Shown piece after piece: positions 1 to 10,149 of a DNA stretch of 64,000 nt. How positions within the stretch are numbered: position 1 is the first letter of the stretch; each line of letters starts with the position of its first letter. Source of the DNA: an uncultured Acidobacteriota bacterium. Lineage in GTDB: Bacteria; Acidobacteriota; JAQAZP01. The notes beneath the pieces were generated by a model. That model worked only from the letters and a program-made list of their open reading frames with translations, made no database searches and was not told the DNA's origin. A program made the position numbers and the translations under genes. The stretch lies in the NCBI GenBank assembly GCA_963836075.1, contig CAWIIB010000001.1, forward strand, positions 1,888,001 through 1,952,000, given 5' to 3'.

Positions 1-1
1 T

Positions 2-1234
2 GTTTACCCGGCCCATGATCTCGATCAGGTCCACGTCCCCGGCCCGAATTTCCTGCCGTTCGGATGTAACCAGGCCGTGACCCGGCGAGGCGAGGTCCAG
101 CAGGGCAAAATCGCTCTCCAGCACCGGCGGCGGCTGACCCTCGCGCGGCAGCCAGCCCTGCCAGCCCCGCTCTTCGGTGAAGACCCACTCCGCGGCGTAG
201 GGGCCGATGAACTCCTCGTCGCCGGCCCGCGCCCTGGCCGCGCTCCTCTTGGTCTCCAGCACCCAGTCGGTCTGCAGGGCCATGGCGTCGAGGTTCAGGC
301 TGAGCCGCCCCTGGTTGGCCGGCAGGTCGAGCAGTTCCACCCGCACCGCCCGCGGGGCGATGACCTCCGGCAACCGGCGGCGGATGTAAAAAGACCGGCC
401 GAGACAGGTGATACCGGGGATCGTCTTCCACAGTCCGGGCAGGGAGATGTCGGCAAAATCGAGACCGTTGACCAGCTGGATCTCGGTCTCCCCGCCGCCG
501 CTGTCCTCGATCACCAGCCGGGCCACCGCCTGGCCGAACTCGATGCCAAAGGTGTCGTTGAGCGATGACGACAGTTCGAGGGCCCGGCAGGGCGGGAACC
601 CGGGGGTGGGGATCCTGGTCACCGGCTGCCCCGGGGTGAGGGTGATCAGCTGGTTCAGGGGCACCGGCTTGAAGTGCATGAACGATTCCCGGCGGTCGTC
701 CGGCTCCGCTGCTCCGGTGACGCGGATCGACTCCAGCACCAGGGTCCCCGCTTCCATGATCGGATCGAACCGCAACTGGTGGATGGTCCCCCGCCACCAG
801 GGCGACCGGCCCACTTCGGCGCGGCAGGTCTGCAGGACACCGTCCAGCTCCACGCGGTAAAAGACGCTCTTCTCCTGGCTCCAGCCCCGGTCACCCTCGT
901 TCATCCAGTAGAGCTGACCCACGGTGGCATCCCGCCCCAACCGGCCCCGGGCGGCCAGGCGCAACAGCACCAGCGATGCGTCGGCGGCATCGATCCCCAG
1001 CCCTGACCGGGTGACCAGGTAGGGGTCTTCCCCGGGAATGGTGAACAGGGGCATCCCGGTGACCCCATCCATACCGGCCGGTTCCAGCTGCTGGCTGTAC
1101 TCGAACCGCGCGAGGGCCGGGTCGTCCACGGCATTCCAGGACCAGACGGCCACGCCCGGTCCGGTCTCCGCACCGGCGGGAACCGGGAAACAGGCCAGCG
1201 TGGCACAGAGGGCGATCAGCAGCAGCCTTCTCAT
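2..1234 (-). CDS. Secreted/membrane-anchored hypothetical protein, 3'-partial (runs off window start)
   Basis: Not in ORF track; read manually. ATG at 1234 overlaps GT2 stop (ATGA). MRRLLLIALCATLACFPVPAGAE signal peptide; open to window edge; contains a WRGTIHQLRFDP motif typical of carbohydrate-binding-like beta-sandwich modules. Confidence 0.75.
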   Translation of the reverse strand, partial: MRRLLLIALCATLACFPVPAGAETGPGVAVWSWNAVDDPALARFEYSQQLEPAGMDGVTGMPLFTIPGEDPYLVTRSGLGIDAADASLVLLRLAARGRLGRDATVGQLYWMNEGDRGWSQEKSVFYRVELDGVLQTCRAEVGRSPWWRGTIHQLRFDPIMEAGTLVLESIRVTGAAEPDDRRESFMHFKPVPLNQLITLTPGQPVTRIPTPGFPPCRALELSSSLNDTFGIEFGQAVARLVIEDSGGGETEIQLVNGLDFADISLPGLWKTIPGITCLGRSFYIRRRLPEVIAPRAVRVELLDLPANQGRLSLNLDAMALQTDWVLETKRSAARARAGDEEFIGPYAAEWVFTEERGWQGWLPREGQPPPVLESDFALLDLASPGHGLVTSERQEIRAGDVDLIEIMGRVN

Positions 1235-2271
1235 CGATCCCCTCCACCGAGGAACGGACGGAAACGGATGAACCCGGCGGCCATGCCCGCCAGCAGGGCC
1301 AGGGCGCGCAGGCCCAGCAGCAGCGGCGAGGCCAGGGCCAGCAAAGGGTCGCGGGGCAGCGCGGCCGCGGCAAAGGGAACCGTGGAGAGCACAAACAGCG
1401 CCAGCAGAAGGAGTGCCGGCAGAACCGCCGGCGGGAAGACCAGGGCCGTGGCCAGCGCGGCAAGCGCCCCGGCCATGGCGGCCAGCTGGACCTTCATGGT
1501 CCGCGGGGTGTAACTGTCCCCCGCCGCCTTTCCCGGGTAGCGGCGGTAGACCTTCATCCGCCAGTAGCCCCGGCTGACCTTCAACCGGAGATAGCCGGCC
1601 AGCGTGGGCCGGTGCTGGTGCTCCACCACCGCGGCCGGGGCAAAAACCATCCGGTGGCCGGCGGCGGCGATACGGTAGGAGAGGTCCACGTCCTCGTTGT
1701 TGGGCAGCGGGAAGCTGGTGTCGAACCCGCCGACCTCTTCCAGTACCCTCCTGCGGAAAGCGGCGGCATAGGTGTCGACAAAATCGATGGTCGGGAGACG
1801 GGCCATCATCCGGTACCGTTCCTCGAACTCGGCCTGGGCAAACCGTGCGGCCAGCGAGCGCTGGCCCGTGCGGTAGGCGCCCTTGACCCCGCCCACCCCC
1901 GGATCGTCCAGCAGGGGGCGGCAGATCTGGGCAACAAAGCGCGGGTCGGGGATGCAGTCGGCATCGGTGAAGAGCACCAGGTCACCCCGTGCCGCCGCAA
2001 TGCCGTCGTTGCGCGCCGCCGCCGGCCCGCCGCGCGAGCCGCGGCCCACAACCCGCACCATCGCTCCTCCGGCACGGCGGGCCGCTCCGACAGTGCCGTC
2101 GGTGGAGCCGTCGTCAACCACCAGGACCTCCAGCCCGCCGGGGAGCTCCTGCTGGCCGGCCAGGGCGCGGACGCAGAGCGGCAGCCGTTGCTCGGCGTTG
2201 TACGCCGGAACCACCACTGAAACCAGCGGCGGGGGGGACGTATCCTGCTGTTCGGCTGTCCTGGTCATCAT
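1231..2271 (-). CDS. Glycosyltransferase family 2 with C-terminal TM helices
   Basis: VSVVVPAYN, VVDDGSTD, GPAAARN, FTDAD (DxD), EDVDLSYR; start moved to ATG 2271, which overlaps the radical SAM stop. Confidence 0.9.
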   Translation of the reverse strand: MMTRTAEQQDTSPPPLVSVVVPAYNAEQRLPLCVRALAGQQELPGGLEVLVVDDGSTDGTVGAARRAGGAMVRVVGRGSRGGPAAARNDGIAAARGDLVLFTDADCIPDPRFVAQICRPLLDDPGVGGVKGAYRTGQRSLAARFAQAEFEERYRMMARLPTIDFVDTYAAAFRRRVLEEVGGFDTSFPLPNNEDVDLSYRIAAAGHRMVFAPAAVVEHQHRPTLAGYLRLKVSRGYWRMKVYRRYPGKAAGDSYTPRTMKVQLAAMAGALAALATALVFPPAVLPALLLLALFVLSTVPFAAAALPRDPLLALASPLLLGLRALALLAGMAAGFIRFRPFLGGGDR

Positions 2272-3713
2272 CCCTTGAACAGATATCTGGCAAACGTCTT
2301 CAGCGCCTTGAAATTCCGCACCGCCTCGCCGGGGCCGGTCAGTGTCTGCCACCCCTTGTAGAGCAGGTAGCGCGGCCGGAGATAGAACCGCCGGCGCGCC
2401 CGGTTGCAAAAATCCACCAGCTGGGCGCCGTCCAGACTGCCGGTGGAGATCACGCAGTTGTGCTGGCCGGTCTCGTCGAGCCACAGGGCGTAATCCTCGG
2501 TCTCCAGCAACCCCTGCGACCGGTAGTGCTCGTAGGCCGTGGTGCCGGGGTAAACCATCACCGGGTAGAACTGGGCCGTGTCGGGCCGCAGGGCGGCGGC
2601 CAGCCGGTAGGTCCGCTCCAGGTCGTCAGCGGTTTCGCCGGGGAAACCGACGATGAAACAGCCGTGGACCAGGATGCCGGCCCGGCGGGCATCCCTGACG
2701 AACTGGTGCATCCGCACCGTGTCGAGCTTCTTCTCGATAAAGGCCAGCGAGGCCGGGGCGCCGCTTTCAAAGCCGACACAGACCTGGCGGCAACCGGCCC
2801 GTTTCATCAGCTGCAGCAGGTCCGCCGACACGTCGGCCCGGGCATTGGCCGTCCAGGGGATATCGATGCCGGCGGCGAGAATCGCCTCGCACAGCGCGGC
2901 CACCCGCTGCGTACCGAGGGTGAAGGTGTCGTCCTCGAAGAAGAGACCGCGGACCTCGGGGAAATGGCGCTTGATGTATCGCAGTTCCTCCACCACGTTC
3001 TCCGGCGAGCGGGTGCGCAACCGCCGGCCCATGGTGGTCTGGGGGTAAAGGCAGAAGCTGCAGCTGTGCGGGCAACCGCGGCTGGTGACCAGGGTCAGCA
3101 TGGGGTAGAGCGAGTTGGGATTGAAGTAGTGGGCCGGCACCAGGTGGCGGCGGTAGAAGGTGGAAACAAAGGGCAGCGCGTCGAGATCGCCGATCGGTTG
3201 ACGGGGTGCGGTGACCACCTTTTCGCCCCCCGTACCGCGCAGCACCAGCCCCGGAACCCCGGAGAGGTCTTGGCCCTGATCCAGTGCCACGGCCAGGTCG
3301 CGGACGGTCTCGTCGTATTCACCCACCACCACCGCGTCCAGCGCCGCACAGAGGTCCAGCGTCTCTTCCGGCAGCGCGGTGACGTGGGTCCCGGTGGCCG
3401 CCGTAAAGCAGTGGGGCAGCCGCTCCCTGATCCGCTCGATGAAGCGGAGATCGTTGTTGATGCTCGGCGTGGAGGTATCGATCACCGCCAGCATCGGGTC
3501 CCCGGCAGCGGCTTCGTCCAGGGTGGCCGCTTCGTCCAGGCCCCGGGCCGGGGCGTCCACCATGGTCACCAGGTATTCCGACGCTTCCAGCAGGGCGCCG
3601 GCATGGGCCAGCCAGAGGGGATAGTAGAGTGTGCCGCTGCGGGTCACCGCCGGGCTGCGCTGGGCCCGGGAGTACAGCGGGAGGTAGGGCGGGTTGATCA
3701 GGCTGACCTTCAC
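2268..3713 (-). CDS. B12-binding domain radical SAM protein (BchE/HpnJ-like)
   Basis: N-terminal INPP..YYPLWLA B12-binding-like region; SRGCPHSCSFC CxxxCxxC; FEDDTF, VGFESG, FIVGFPGET. Confidence 0.9.
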   Translation of the reverse strand: MKVSLINPPYLPLYSRAQRSPAVTRSGTLYYPLWLAHAGALLEASEYLVTMVDAPARGLDEAATLDEAAAGDPMLAVIDTSTPSINNDLRFIERIRERLPHCFTAATGTHVTALPEETLDLCAALDAVVVGEYDETVRDLAVALDQGQDLSGVPGLVLRGTGGEKVVTAPRQPIGDLDALPFVSTFYRRHLVPAHYFNPNSLYPMLTLVTSRGCPHSCSFCLYPQTTMGRRLRTRSPENVVEELRYIKRHFPEVRGLFFEDDTFTLGTQRVAALCEAILAAGIDIPWTANARADVSADLLQLMKRAGCRQVCVGFESGAPASLAFIEKKLDTVRMHQFVRDARRAGILVHGCFIVGFPGETADDLERTYRLAAALRPDTAQFYPVMVYPGTTAYEHYRSQGLLETEDYALWLDETGQHNCVISTGSLDGAQLVDFCNRARRRFYLRPRYLLYKGWQTLTGPGEAVRNFKALKTFARYLFKG

Positions 3714-4957
3714 CGGGTTTCTCCTTCACCCGTGGTGCGGGCGGACAGGATCTCCATACAGGAAGTATAAACCGCTTCGAGGCTGACCTGCTCCATGCAG
3801 CCGGCCGAGCGGGTGCAGCCGGGGAACGGTTCGTTGTTGTAACAGGGGCTGCAGTCCAGACTGGCCTCCACCACCCGCACACCCGGATCATCCAGGGGCA
3901 GGAGCGCCGAAGCCCTGGTGGGGCCGAAGAGGCCCACCAGGGGCACGCCGAGGGCCAGGGCGATGTGCATCGGTGCCGAGTCCACGGTGACCAGCAGGCT
4001 GGTCCGGCGGATCAGCCCGGCCAGCGAAGTCAGGGTGGTGTACCCGGAAAAATCGATAGCCGGTCTTTTCATTCTTGCGGCCACTTCCCGGACCAGCTCC
4101 GTGTCGCCGGGCGAACCAAAGAGCCAGACCGGCCGACCGGTCTCCTCGATGATCCGGTCGGCCAACGCCGCGAACCGCCGGGCCGGCCAGCGCTTCTCCG
4201 GCACCCGGTCCCGGGGATTGATCCCGCCGCCGGGCACCAGGCCCACCGGACCGCCGCCACCGGCGCCGGCGCCGGCGCCCAGCGTCCCGATCAGCCGCTC
4301 CGCCTCCAGCTCCGCATCGTCTCCCGGATGGAGTTCGAGGCGGCGCTCTTCGGCACCCCCACCCGCTGCGACGCCACAGGCCGCCGCGGCCAGCCGGAGG
4401 TAGTCGTCCGCCACGTAGTGCCGGTCGTTGGGACCGCGCCAGGGAACGGCAGTGGTGAGGGAGAACCCGGAACCGCCGGCGTCGAAACCGATGCGATGGG
4501 GCACGCCGGCCAGGCGGGCCAGCAGGTGGACCGGCCAGGCCGGATGGAACAGCACCGCCGTTTCGCAACCCAGCCGGCCGATCAGCCGCACGGTGTCCCG
4601 CACCGCGCCGGGACGGCGGGCCAGCAGCCATTGCTCGGACACGGCGAGCACGCGGTCCAGGTGCGGGTTTCCTTCGAGGAGCGGCAGGGCGCTGGCACCG
4701 GCGAGGAAGATCAGCTCGGCATCGGGCATTTGCCGGCGGAGCAGCCGGATCGCCGGGGTGACCATCAGGATGTCTCCGAGAGCGTGGGTCTTGACCAGCA
4801 GCACCCGGCCCGGGCGGGTCCGGCCGGGACGGCGGTCCAGTCCCCGGGAAAGGGCCCGTCCAAGGGCCTGTCCGGACCGTGTCCAGAAATGGCTGCCGCC
4901 GACGGTCATTCCGTCACCCCGGTCCCGCGGCTGCACCTCAGGTGAGCCGGAATTCAT
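3710..4957 (-). CDS. Glycosyltransferase family 9 (heptosyltransferase-like)
   Basis: ALGDILM, KRWP, VTVDSAPMHIALALGVPLVGLFGPT, CSPC...C; start may be 4909. Confidence 0.9.
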   Translation of the reverse strand: MNSGSPEVQPRDRGDGMTVGGSHFWTRSGQALGRALSRGLDRRPGRTRPGRVLLVKTHALGDILMVTPAIRLLRRQMPDAELIFLAGASALPLLEGNPHLDRVLAVSEQWLLARRPGAVRDTVRLIGRLGCETAVLFHPAWPVHLLARLAGVPHRIGFDAGGSGFSLTTAVPWRGPNDRHYVADDYLRLAAAACGVAAGGGAEERRLELHPGDDAELEAERLIGTLGAGAGAGGGGPVGLVPGGGINPRDRVPEKRWPARRFAALADRIIEETGRPVWLFGSPGDTELVREVAARMKRPAIDFSGYTTLTSLAGLIRRTSLLVTVDSAPMHIALALGVPLVGLFGPTRASALLPLDDPGVRVVEASLDCSPCYNNEPFPGCTRSAGCMEQVSLEAVYTSCMEILSARTTGEGETR

Positions 4958-6377
4958 CCCGCTGGCCCGCGGGCCAGATCACCCCGGCATGCTCGCGCTG
5001 GGGACACAGCGCGGCGGGTCCAGGTCCGGCCAGGGCTTCGGCCAGGTCGAGACCGGCTTCGATGGAGTCATCCATGTTGTTGTACCAGAAAGTCCCGCAG
5101 CGACCGAGACAGAGGAGGTTGGCAAACGGCGACAGCTGGTGTACGAAGCTGGCCAGCTGCCGGGGGTACTCCATGCGGTACACCGGATAGGCTCCGCTGA
5201 CCACTTCGCTGTGAACCCGCTCCACCCGGCCGCGTTCCACCAGCCTCACCTGCTCCAGCTCGCCCACCACCTGCTCCTCGATTCGCGACAGTTCCGCCTG
5301 CGGCGGCGGATCGCCGGACCAGGTCACCTCCACACAGAGCCCGTCCTTGCCCGGCGGCACCAGGCCGGGGTGAAAGTTGCGCGGAAAGGAGATCCGCGAG
5401 ATGGCCAGATCGCTGTCCGAAAAGTAGGTCCACTGGTTTGGGGTCTTGACCTGGCCCTTCACCTCGACGTTGAAAATCAGCAGGCTGAGGAAGTCGAGCC
5501 CGGGCAGGTCTACGCCCAGACCGGTTGCCAGGTCGGCCGGCGGGGCGGTCCAGACCATCCAGGCCGGCTCCACCCGTTCACCCTGGAAACAGACCGCGGT
5601 GACCTCCTTCCCGTCGGTTTCCAGGGCCAGGTCCTGCACCCCGGCGACCAGACGCCCGCCATCGGCCAGAAAGGCGTCGCGCACCCGTTCCGCATAGAGG
5701 TCGATTCCCCCCTCGGGGTAGATGAACTTGGTCACTTTGGGCTTGGGCAGCAGGGCGATACGCAGGATGTCCAGCAACGACCCCTGCTGGTAGCGGCGGT
5801 CGATGGTGGCCCGGTGGATCGACTGGCTGGCCCAGCTGTGGTGCAGCCGGTCGGGCGTGCAGTGGGCAAATTTGGTGGTGTAGCCCTTGAAGAAAACGTC
5901 GTAGAGCGTCGGCCCGTAACGGCTGACGATGTAGTCTTCAAAACTCTGCTCGTCCCCGTCGCCGTCATCCCCCGTCCCACCCCTCCGCCCGCGCAGCAGG
6001 TCTCCGAGGCAGCGCAGCAGCACCGAGGGCGGGAGGCGGAAGATGGAGGAGGTCCCCAGGGGCCAGGTGTGGTAGCGGCCGAAGAGGTAGACGCTGCTGC
6101 AGCGGTCGATGAGCACATACTGCTCCCCCAGCGCTTCCCGGATCAGGGCCAGCGCCCGCTCGCTGTAGGTGTGGAACCGGTGCGGCCCGATATCAAAGGT
6201 GAAATCGCCATAGCGGAAACAGCGGGCCAGGCCGCCCACCTCGGGCAGGCGCTCGATGAGCAGCACCGGCAGGCCGCGGCGAACCAGTTCCCGCGCGGCG
6301 GTGAGGCCGGCGATGCCGGCGCCCACCACCACCACCGGCCGGCCGTTGTCGATCCGCCCACTCGCGGTGTTTTCCAT
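4938..6377 (-). CDS. FAD-dependent oxidoreductase (protoporphyrinogen oxidase/UDP-Galp mutase-like family found in glycan loci)
   Basis: VVVGAGIAGL Rossmann motif, VGGL, FDIGPHRF, YPEGG, GRCGTFWYNNMDDSI; start set at ATG 6377. Confidence 0.85.
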   Translation of the reverse strand: MENTASGRIDNGRPVVVVGAGIAGLTAARELVRRGLPVLLIERLPEVGGLARCFRYGDFTFDIGPHRFHTYSERALALIREALGEQYVLIDRCSSVYLFGRYHTWPLGTSSIFRLPPSVLLRCLGDLLRGRRGGTGDDGDGDEQSFEDYIVSRYGPTLYDVFFKGYTTKFAHCTPDRLHHSWASQSIHRATIDRRYQQGSLLDILRIALLPKPKVTKFIYPEGGIDLYAERVRDAFLADGGRLVAGVQDLALETDGKEVTAVCFQGERVEPAWMVWTAPPADLATGLGVDLPGLDFLSLLIFNVEVKGQVKTPNQWTYFSDSDLAISRISFPRNFHPGLVPPGKDGLCVEVTWSGDPPPQAELSRIEEQVVGELEQVRLVERGRVERVHSEVVSGAYPVYRMEYPRQLASFVHQLSPFANLLCLGRCGTFWYNNMDDSIEAGLDLAEALAGPGPAALCPQREHAGVIWPAGQRDEFRLT

Positions 6378-6671
6378 CGTCCGCCCCTCTGCCCCGCACT
6401 TCAGACCCGGAGGGCCTGCGCTCATCTCTGACGGGAGTTGGATCTGGATCAGGGATGTGTCCTGTGACGAGCAATCAGTGTACCGGGCAATTCCGGCCCG
6501 CGTCAACCCGCAGGGAACCCGGCGCCCCGGAGGTCGGACTTGCCCGATGAAATGTTCCGCTATACAGTTCCCACAGGCTATACTGCAAAAATCCTCAAGA
6601 ACGTAAACCAGCGGCCCCGGCAGGCCGATGAGGGAGATGTGGCCACAGGAGAGGGAGCAGGGACACTACGC

Positions 6672-7819
6672 ATGCAGCGGACAGCATTCTCAACAGCAGC
6701 GCCGGCATTCAGACCGGGGACGGTCATTCTGCTGGCCGCCCTCCTGATCCTCGCCGCCGCCATGGTCGGCCCCGCAGCCCTGGCTGACAACGTCACCTGT
6801 TCGGCCTGCGGCAAGAAGATCCGCGGCGACTACCTGGTCATGGACGGTGACCCGTACTGCAGCCAGTCCTGCCTCGACACGGTGCTCCCCGGCTGCGCGG
6901 TGTGTGGAGAGGTGATCAGGGGAGCCCACCTGACCCTGAACGGCAAGCGTTACTGCAGCCAGAACTGCCTGGACCGGGACCTGCCGGCCTGCGACATGTG
7001 CGGCCGGCCGGTGCGGGGCGACTACTTCCAGAGCAAGGGCAAAACCTATTGCAGCGAAGCCTGCTACACCCTCTCGCTGCCCCGCTGCGAGGCCTGCGCG
7101 GAACCGATGAAAGAGTGGCTGGATATCGAGGGCCGGCACTACTGCCACTCCTGCGCCAGCAGACAGCGCTGCAGTACCCTGCGGCCACCCCGGCCCCACC
7201 ATCAGCCTGGGGGATGGGCGGCGGATCTGCGACAGGTGCCGGGATACGGCGGTGATGGAACAGACCGACGGGGAACAGCTCTTTGATCTGGTCCGCAGGC
7301 GGATGGACCGCACCCTCGACCTTTCCACCGAGCACGAGATCGAGTTCCACCTGGTGAGCCGCGACGACCTGGAGCGGATCAGCAACGGTTCCTCCAGCGG
7401 ACGGGAACTGGGCTATTACCAGTATCAGGCCGAGACAACAACCACCTACCTCACCACCCGTGATCGCAACGGCCGCGAAAAAAAACGGGTGGCCGGCGAG
7501 CGGACCGACAGGAAGTTCCGCATCTACATCCTTTACGGGTTGCCCGAGAAGCGGCTGATGGAGGTGGCGGCCCACGAACTGGCCCACGACTGGATGCGGG
7601 TCAATCTGCCGCGAGATCAAGGCCCCGATCTTCGAGGAGGGATTTGCCGAATACGTCGCCTGGCTGGTCAACGATTGTTTCGGCCACGAGGAGTTGAAGA
7701 AGCGGATCGAGGAGAACAGTGACCCGATTTACGGCGACGGGTTCAAGATGATGAAGGGCCTGGCCGACCGGCACGGCGGCCTCGACGGACTGATCGACTA
7801 CCTCGCCGACCTCCCCTGA
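6672..7819 (+). pseudogene. Secreted LIM-like zinc-finger + DA1-like zinc metallopeptidase, interrupted by two frameshifts (~7178, ~7612); may be sequencing errors
   Basis: Signal peptide, repeated CxxC...YCSxxC fingers; second frame gives CGHP..ICDRC..AHELAHDW; third frame gives FEEGFAEY..IYGDGFK ending at TGA 7817-7819. Confidence 0.75.
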
Positions 7820-7976
7820 GCATACCGATTCGTGGCCCCCGCCGGCTGCAGCCCGGTTTTCCGTTGTCAAGCTTGTATTCCACTATCCCGATATTTAATA
7901 TGCTGTATATTGGGTTAAGGATTGGTCCATTCACCTGTAAAGTAACGAGGGTTTCCCTTCAACAGGCTCGTCACCC

Positions 7977-9281
7977 ATGCTGGAAACGGTCATCTACGCG
8001 GCGACGGCGGCGACGGTCATCGGCATCCCCGCCGTCTACATCTTCCTCGAGATGCGGAAGGCCCGCCTGGCCAGGGAGATGTGGCAGGCCGCCGAGACCC
8101 GGGGGCTCACCGAACCGGTGAACCTGCACCCGGTGATCGACCCGGCCCGCTGTATCGGCACCGCCGCCTGTGTCCCGGCCTGCCCCGAGGGTGAAATTCT
8201 CGGGGTCCTCGACGGCCGTGCCAAACTGGTTTCGCCGAGCAAGTGCATCGGCCACGGGGCCTGCGAGGCGTCCTGCCCGGTGGGGGCCATCACCCTGGTC
8301 TTCGGCACGGAGCGCCGCGGGGTGGACATCCCCTATGTCAAGGAGACCTTCGAGACCAACGTGGAGGGAATCTACATCGCCGGCGAACTGGGAGGCATGG
8401 GGTTGATCCGCAACGCGGTGACCCAGGGGCGGGAGGCGATGGACTACATCTGCCGCTCGCTCGACGGCAGCCAGCCCGGGGTCCACGACGTGGCCGTGGT
8501 GGGCGCCGGACCGGCCGGTCTCTCGGCCAGTCTCCAGGCCCGTTCCGCCCGTCTGGACAGCATCACCCTCGATCAGGATGACATCGGCGGAACCATCCTC
8601 AGCTACCCGCGCCAGAAACTGGTGATGACCCGGCCGATGGAGGTGCCGCTCTACGGCACGGTGAAGGTCAGGGAAATCCTCAAGGAGGACCTGCTCGACC
8701 TGTGGAACGAGATCATCACCCGGACCGGACTGGAGATCCGCACCAAAGAGCGGGTGGAGACGGTGGTCAGGACCAACGGCTGCTTCAAGGTCGTCTCCCC
8801 CAACGGAGAGTACCTGGCCCAGCGCGTGCTGCTGGCCATCGGGCGCCGGGGCACCCCGCGAAAGCTCGGCGTCCCAGGCGAGTTGTCAGCCAAGGTGGCC
8901 TACCGGCTGCTGGAACCGGAGCAGTATCGCGGGAATGATATCCTGGTGGTGGGCGGCGGGGACAGCGCGGTTGAGGCCGCCCTTTCACTCTCCGGGCAGC
9001 AGGGGTGCCGGGTCACCCTTTCCTACCGAAAAAACGTTTTCGGCCGGATCAAGGAGAAGAACGAGAACCGGATCAGCGAAGCCATCGAGAATGGCCGGGT
9101 GCGGGTACTCTTCGAATCGGTGGTCACCGAAATCCGTGACCGGGAAGTCGTGCTGGTGCAGGACGGGAAACAAATGACCGTGATCAACGACTTCGTCTTT
9201 GTTTTTATCGGCGGTGTTCTGCCCACCAACTTCCTCCAGGGGATGGGCATCAGCATTGAACGGAAATTCGGCACGAGGTAA
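7977..9281 (+). CDS. Membrane-anchored 2x[4Fe-4S] ferredoxin + thioredoxin-reductase-like NAD(P)/FAD oxidoreductase
   Basis: N-terminal TM; CIGTAACVPACP and CIGHGACEASCP; GAGPAG and VVGGGDSA dinucleotide-binding motifs. Confidence 0.88.
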   Translation: MLETVIYAATAATVIGIPAVYIFLEMRKARLAREMWQAAETRGLTEPVNLHPVIDPARCIGTAACVPACPEGEILGVLDGRAKLVSPSKCIGHGACEASCPVGAITLVFGTERRGVDIPYVKETFETNVEGIYIAGELGGMGLIRNAVTQGREAMDYICRSLDGSQPGVHDVAVVGAGPAGLSASLQARSARLDSITLDQDDIGGTILSYPRQKLVMTRPMEVPLYGTVKVREILKEDLLDLWNEIITRTGLEIRTKERVETVVRTNGCFKVVSPNGEYLAQRVLLAIGRRGTPRKLGVPGELSAKVAYRLLEPEQYRGNDILVVGGGDSAVEAALSLSGQQGCRVTLSYRKNVFGRIKEKNENRISEAIENGRVRVLFESVVTEIRDREVVLVQDGKQMTVINDFVFVFIGGVLPTNFLQGMGISIERKFGTR

Positions 9282-9282
9282 C

Positions 9283-10149
9283 GTGAAGATTCACCGCACA
9301 CTGCTTGTCCTGCTCTACGTTTCGGGGATTCTGCTAGCCGCGGCGCTGGCGGTGGACGGGCTGGACTACTACCGGACACCACTGGCCGAACGTCCGCACA
9401 TGGCCCGGCACGCCGAACTGAAGCCGGGTGGAATCATCGGCCACGGGCTGGGGATCCTGGGCAGCGGTCTGATCCTGCTGCTCTTCCTCTATTCGCTGCG
9501 CCGGCGGAATCTCCTCGGGCTGCGCTTCGGCGATATCGGCCAGTGGCTGAACATTCATATCCTCTTCGGTATCATGGGGCCGATATTCGTCACCCTGCAC
9601 ACCTGTTTCAAATTCGGCGGAATCGTCTCGGTAAGCTTTTATTCCATGGTGGCGGTGGCGGCCAGCGGGTTCATCGGCCGCTACCTCTATGTCCAGATTC
9701 CCCGCACCATCTCCGGGGATGAATTGACCTTGATAGAGATGGAAGAGAAGAGCCGCGAAATGGGACTGCTGCTGGAGGAATACGGCATGGATGAACAGCT
9801 TCTCGCCGAAGTGCGTGCCGTATCCGGAGCGAGGCCCAGGCGGCGAAACGCGTTGACGGTGATCCCGGCGATCATTTTCAATGACCTGGCCCGGCCGTTC
9901 AGGCGCTACGGGTTGAAAAAGCGGCTCCGCAGCCAGGCAGCAGCCCTGACTGGAGAGGATTCAGGGAAACTGATGAGAATCATCGACCGCCACTCGCTGC
10001 TGGTGCGGAAAATCGAAATGCTCTCCTCGGTCCAGCGGCTGTTTCACCTCTGGCACGTGGTGCACAAACCGTTCGCCACGGTGATGATCCTGATCATGAT
10101 GGTCCACGTGACCGTGGCCATACTCTTCGGTTACCGGTGGATTTTCTGA
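9283..10149 (+). CDS. His-rich integral membrane protein (putative cytochrome b/ferric-reductase-like TM subunit)
   Basis: GTG start 2 nt after upstream stop; about 5-6 TM segments with His in or near helices (GHGLG, WLNIH, TLHT, WHVVH, MVHV). Confidence 0.72.
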   Translation: MKIHRTLLVLLYVSGILLAAALAVDGLDYYRTPLAERPHMARHAELKPGGIIGHGLGILGSGLILLLFLYSLRRRNLLGLRFGDIGQWLNIHILFGIMGPIFVTLHTCFKFGGIVSVSFYSMVAVAASGFIGRYLYVQIPRTISGDELTLIEMEEKSREMGLLLEEYGMDEQLLAEVRAVSGARPRRRNALTVIPAIIFNDLARPFRRYGLKKRLRSQAAALTGEDSGKLMRIIDRHSLLVRKIEMLSSVQRLFHLWHVVHKPFATVMILIMMVHVTVAILFGYRWIF

